Below, piece by piece: positions 61,292 through 64,000 of a DNA stretch of 64,000 nt. The position numbers and the translations under genes were made by a program. Every line of letters starts with the position of its first letter. Position 1 is the first letter of the stretch. The DNA lies in NCBI GenBank assembly GCA_045807245.1, contig JBJMHS010000045.1, positions 1 to 64,000 of the forward strand. Reading direction: 5' to 3'. The notes below the pieces were generated by a model. That model worked only from the letters and a program-made list of their open reading frames with translations. It did not search any database and was not told the origin of the DNA. The DNA comes from Actinomycetales bacterium. GTDB lineage: Bacteria > Actinomycetota > Actinomycetes > Actinomycetales > CAVURS01.

Positions 61292-62659
61292 ATGACGCTC
61301 GAAGGCGACCTGCGCGCCGCGGTCGGTGACCCGCACGTGCTGGTCGACCCGGCCGTCACAGCGTCGTACGAGACGGACTGGACCCGACGCTTCCGGGGAC
61401 GCGCCCGCTGCGTGGTTCGGCCCGGGTCGACCGACGACGTGGTAGCTGTGATGCAAACCTGTGCCGTACACGGCATTCCGGTCGTCCCGCAGGGCGGTAA
61501 CACCGGACTGGTCGGCGGTGGCGTGCCGGTCGACGGAGAGGTCGTCCTGTCAACGACGCGACTCCGGCACATCGGCCCGGTCGACCTCGCGGCCGGCCGC
61601 GTCATCGTCGGCGCCGGGGTTACCGTTGCCGCACTGCAACAGTCTGCGCGCGCCCACGACCTCGACTTCGGAGTGGACCTGGCCTCGCGGGACTCGGCCA
61701 CGATCGGCGGCCTGGTCGCGACCAACGCCGGGGGCGTGAACGTGATCAGGTACGGCGGCATGCGGGAACAGGTCAGCGGCATCGAGGCCGTCCTCGCGGA
61801 CGGCTCGGTCATCCGCCGGCTGGATGCCCTGCCCAAGGACAACACAGGCTATGACCTCGCCGGTCTGCTGCCCGGCTCCGAAGGCACCCTGGCCGTCGTC
61901 ACCGCCGTCCGGGTGCGGCTCTGGCCGCGGCTGAAGAAGCGGGCCATCGCGCTGCTCGCGGTCGACTCCACCGCTGCCGCTGTCGACGCCCTCGACGCCC
62001 TGCGGCTGCGGCTGCCGGCCATCGAGTCGGCCGAGCTGTTCCTGGCCGACGGCCTGGCCCTGGTCCGCGCCCACACCGGCCTGCCGGTACCCGTGCCGGG
62101 TGACCACGCGGCGTACCTGCTGGTCGAGGTCGCGAGCCGCGAGGACCCGACGGACGACCTGTACGCAGCGCTCGAAGCCGCCGCGGAGGCCGTCCCGGGC
62201 ATAGACGACGTGGTCATCGGAGCGGACGGGCCGAGCCGCGAGCGGCTGTGGCGCTACCGCGAGGCTCACACCGAGTCGATCGGCGCGGCCGGCATCCCGG
62301 TCAAGCTGGACATCGTCCTGCCCCGCGCCAGCCTCGACCAAGGCCTGCGCGAGCTCCCGGACGCCGTACGGCGGGTGTCACCGGGCGCCCGAACGGTCAT
62401 GTTCGGACACCTGGGAGAGGGCAACGTGCACGTCAACGTCCTCGATGCCGACGACGCGCATGCCGTGACCGACGCCGTCCTTCGCTACGTCGCGGCCTGC
62501 GGCGGCAGCATCAGCGCCGAACACGGCATCGGCCGGGCCAAGGTGGGTTGGCTGAGCTTGACTAGAAGCCCCGACGAGATCGCCGCGATGCGCGCGATCA
62601 AGCGCGCCCTCGACCCGCAGGGACTGCTCAACCCGGGCGTCATCCTGGCCGCGGACTGA
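61292..62659 (+). CDS. FAD-linked 2-hydroxyacid oxidoreductase (D-2-hydroxyglutarate dehydrogenase-like)
   Basis: PQGGNTGLVGG, IGGLVATNAGG, RYG, KDNTGYDL, GSEGTL, GHLGEGNVHVN, SISAEHGIG, LNPG. Confidence 0.85.
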   Translation: MTLEGDLRAAVGDPHVLVDPAVTASYETDWTRRFRGRARCVVRPGSTDDVVAVMQTCAVHGIPVVPQGGNTGLVGGGVPVDGEVVLSTTRLRHIGPVDLAAGRVIVGAGVTVAALQQSARAHDLDFGVDLASRDSATIGGLVATNAGGVNVIRYGGMREQVSGIEAVLADGSVIRRLDALPKDNTGYDLAGLLPGSEGTLAVVTAVRVRLWPRLKKRAIALLAVDSTAAAVDALDALRLRLPAIESAELFLADGLALVRAHTGLPVPVPGDHAAYLLVEVASREDPTDDLYAALEAAAEAVPGIDDVVIGADGPSRERLWRYREAHTESIGAAGIPVKLDIVLPRASLDQGLRELPDAVRRVSPGARTVMFGHLGEGNVHVNVLDADDAHAVTDAVLRYVAACGGSISAEHGIGRAKVGWLSLTRSPDEIAAMRAIKRALDPQGLLNPGVILAAD

Positions 62660-62663
62660 GGTC

Positions 62664-63227
62664 ATGGGAGCAGCCGGCATCCGGTTCCGTCGCGGCACCG
62701 TCCACGACCTCGACGCGCTGAGGCCGTTGTGGGTCGGCGTGCACCACCAGCACCAGGCCTCGATGCCCGAGCTCGCGCCGTACGTCACCGACGAGGCGAC
62801 CTGGACCGAGCGGCGCAAGCTGTACGTCCAGGTGCTGGCCAAGCCGGACACGATCCTGCTGCTGGCGTACGACGATGCGGCAGCCGACGGGCCGGCGCTG
62901 GTCGGCTACGGCTTGGCCCATGTGGTCCAGACCGGTGACACCTGGATCGCCGACACCTGGCGGCGCGGCGAGCGCATCGGCGAGATCGAGTCGCTTGCCG
63001 TCTCGCCCAGCCATCGTGGACACGGCATCGGCACGGCGCTGCTGGAGCAGTTGGAGTCCACGCTGGCTGCGATCGGTGTGGAAGACCTGATCCTGGGCGT
63101 GGTCGCGGGCAACGTTGCAGCGCAACGGCTCTACGCCCGGCGTGGCTACCTGCCGACCTGGCTGTACATGTCCCGCAGCCCGTCCAAGCGCAGCGGAGTG
63201 AGGTCACCAGGTCTTGGTGACCTTTGA
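62664..63227 (+). CDS. GNAT N-acetyltransferase
   Basis: LAVSPSHRGHGIG, NVAAQRLYARRGY. Confidence 0.85.
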   Translation: MGAAGIRFRRGTVHDLDALRPLWVGVHHQHQASMPELAPYVTDEATWTERRKLYVQVLAKPDTILLLAYDDAAADGPALVGYGLAHVVQTGDTWIADTWRRGERIGEIESLAVSPSHRGHGIGTALLEQLESTLAAIGVEDLILGVVAGNVAAQRLYARRGYLPTWLYMSRSPSKRSGVRSPGLGDL

Positions 63228-64000
63228 CAGGCCGCGGGGGCTGTCCGGGTCGAGCCCCCGTGCGGTCGACACCTCAAGGGCCAGCCACTGCAACGGGATG
63301 ATGTCGACGATCGGGTGCAGCTCGTCGCCGAGGTCGGTCGGCAAGGTGAAGTGCGACGACGCGTGCGGTGCCAGAGCAGGGTCACCGAGCAGCAGGACGT
63401 CGGCACCCCGCTCCTCGAGCCGTTCGAAGACCGGGCGCATGGCCTCGCCACCCACGCCACCCGGAGCGACCGCGATCACCGGGTGGTCGCGGTCCACCTG
63501 GGCGAACGGCCCGTGCATCAGGTCGGCGCCCGAGAACGCGTGTGCCGCAACGTAACTGGTCTCCATCAGCTTGAGCGCTGCCTCACGCGCCGTCGGGTAG
63601 TCGTACCCCCGCCCAGTCACGACGAACTGCGTGGCGAACCGGAACCGGTCGGCCAGCTCGGCGATCTCGGCCCTGCGCTCGACCAGGTCGGCGGCACCCT
63701 TAACGACGCTGTCGACCCGAGACCGCAGGCCCGCCTCGTCGCCTGCCGCGTGCGTCCATGACTCGACCAGCAGGTACAGCGCCAGCAGCTCGGCCGTGTA
63801 GCTCTTGGTCGCGGCGACCGCCTGCTCGTCCCCGGCGCGCACGTCGATCTGCAGGTCGGCCGCCGTCGCAAGCGGTGACTGCGGCGCGTTCGTCACCGCC
63901 ACCGTCGTCGCACCGCACTGCCGCGCGACCTGCAACGTCTGCAGGAGGTCCGGACTACCGCCGGACTGGCTCACCGCGATGAGCAGCACGTCGCGCAGGT
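63204..64000 (-). CDS. SIS-domain amino-sugar isomerase/deaminase (GlmS-like), 5' end outside window
   Basis: VSQSGGSPD, AVTN, EQAVAATKSY, EAALKLME, HGP, PDSPRGLSKVT. Confidence 0.88.
   Translation of the reverse strand, partial: LRDVLLIAVSQSGGSPDLLQTLQVARQCGATTVAVTNAPQSPLATAADLQIDVRAGDEQAVAATKSYTAELLALYLLVESWTHAAGDEAGLRSRVDSVVKGAADLVERRAEIAELADRFRFATQFVVTGRGYDYPTAREAALKLMETSYVAAHAFSGADLMHGPFAQVDRDHPVIAVAPGGVGGEAMRPVFERLEERGADVLLLGDPALAPHASSHFTLPTDLGDELHPIVDIIPLQWLALEVSTARGLDPDSPRGLSKVTKTW

Overview
High-GC Actinomycetota chromosome segment; the taxonomic call is inferred from GC content, lsr2, and the conserved lysS-panC-PH/PH-DUF3180-folKBPE-ftsH-hpt-tilS-dacB-ppa backbone. Bases 1-30 kb hold this backbone plus insertions: split LigD, SAM methyltransferases, an orphan NuoD with a MidA/NDUFAF7-type methyltransferase, a LysX/MprF-like protein and a large secreted S8 protease. 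Bases 30-64 kb are accessory metabolism: glyA, a sirtuin, a purine/urate/glyoxylate catabolic cluster with a UraD-UraH fusion, a multi-TM patatin/cPLA2-like protein, xylose ABC-XylR-xylA without xylB, and an E. coli-type serA next to a D-2-hydroxyglutarate-dehydrogenase-like gene. The best candidate for an undescribed system is an 83-aa (DGGA)n repeat peptide with its own promoter and RBS, directly followed by a ROX-type JmjC oxygenase (putative RiPP-like precursor plus hydroxylase, 31311-32828). Next is the 6.0-6.7 kb intergenic region, which has a phased DnaA-box-like cluster followed by a ~300-nt structured, terminated putative ncRNA. No rRNA, tRNA, CRISPR array or transposase was seen. All calls come from reading motifs by eye; no database searches were run.
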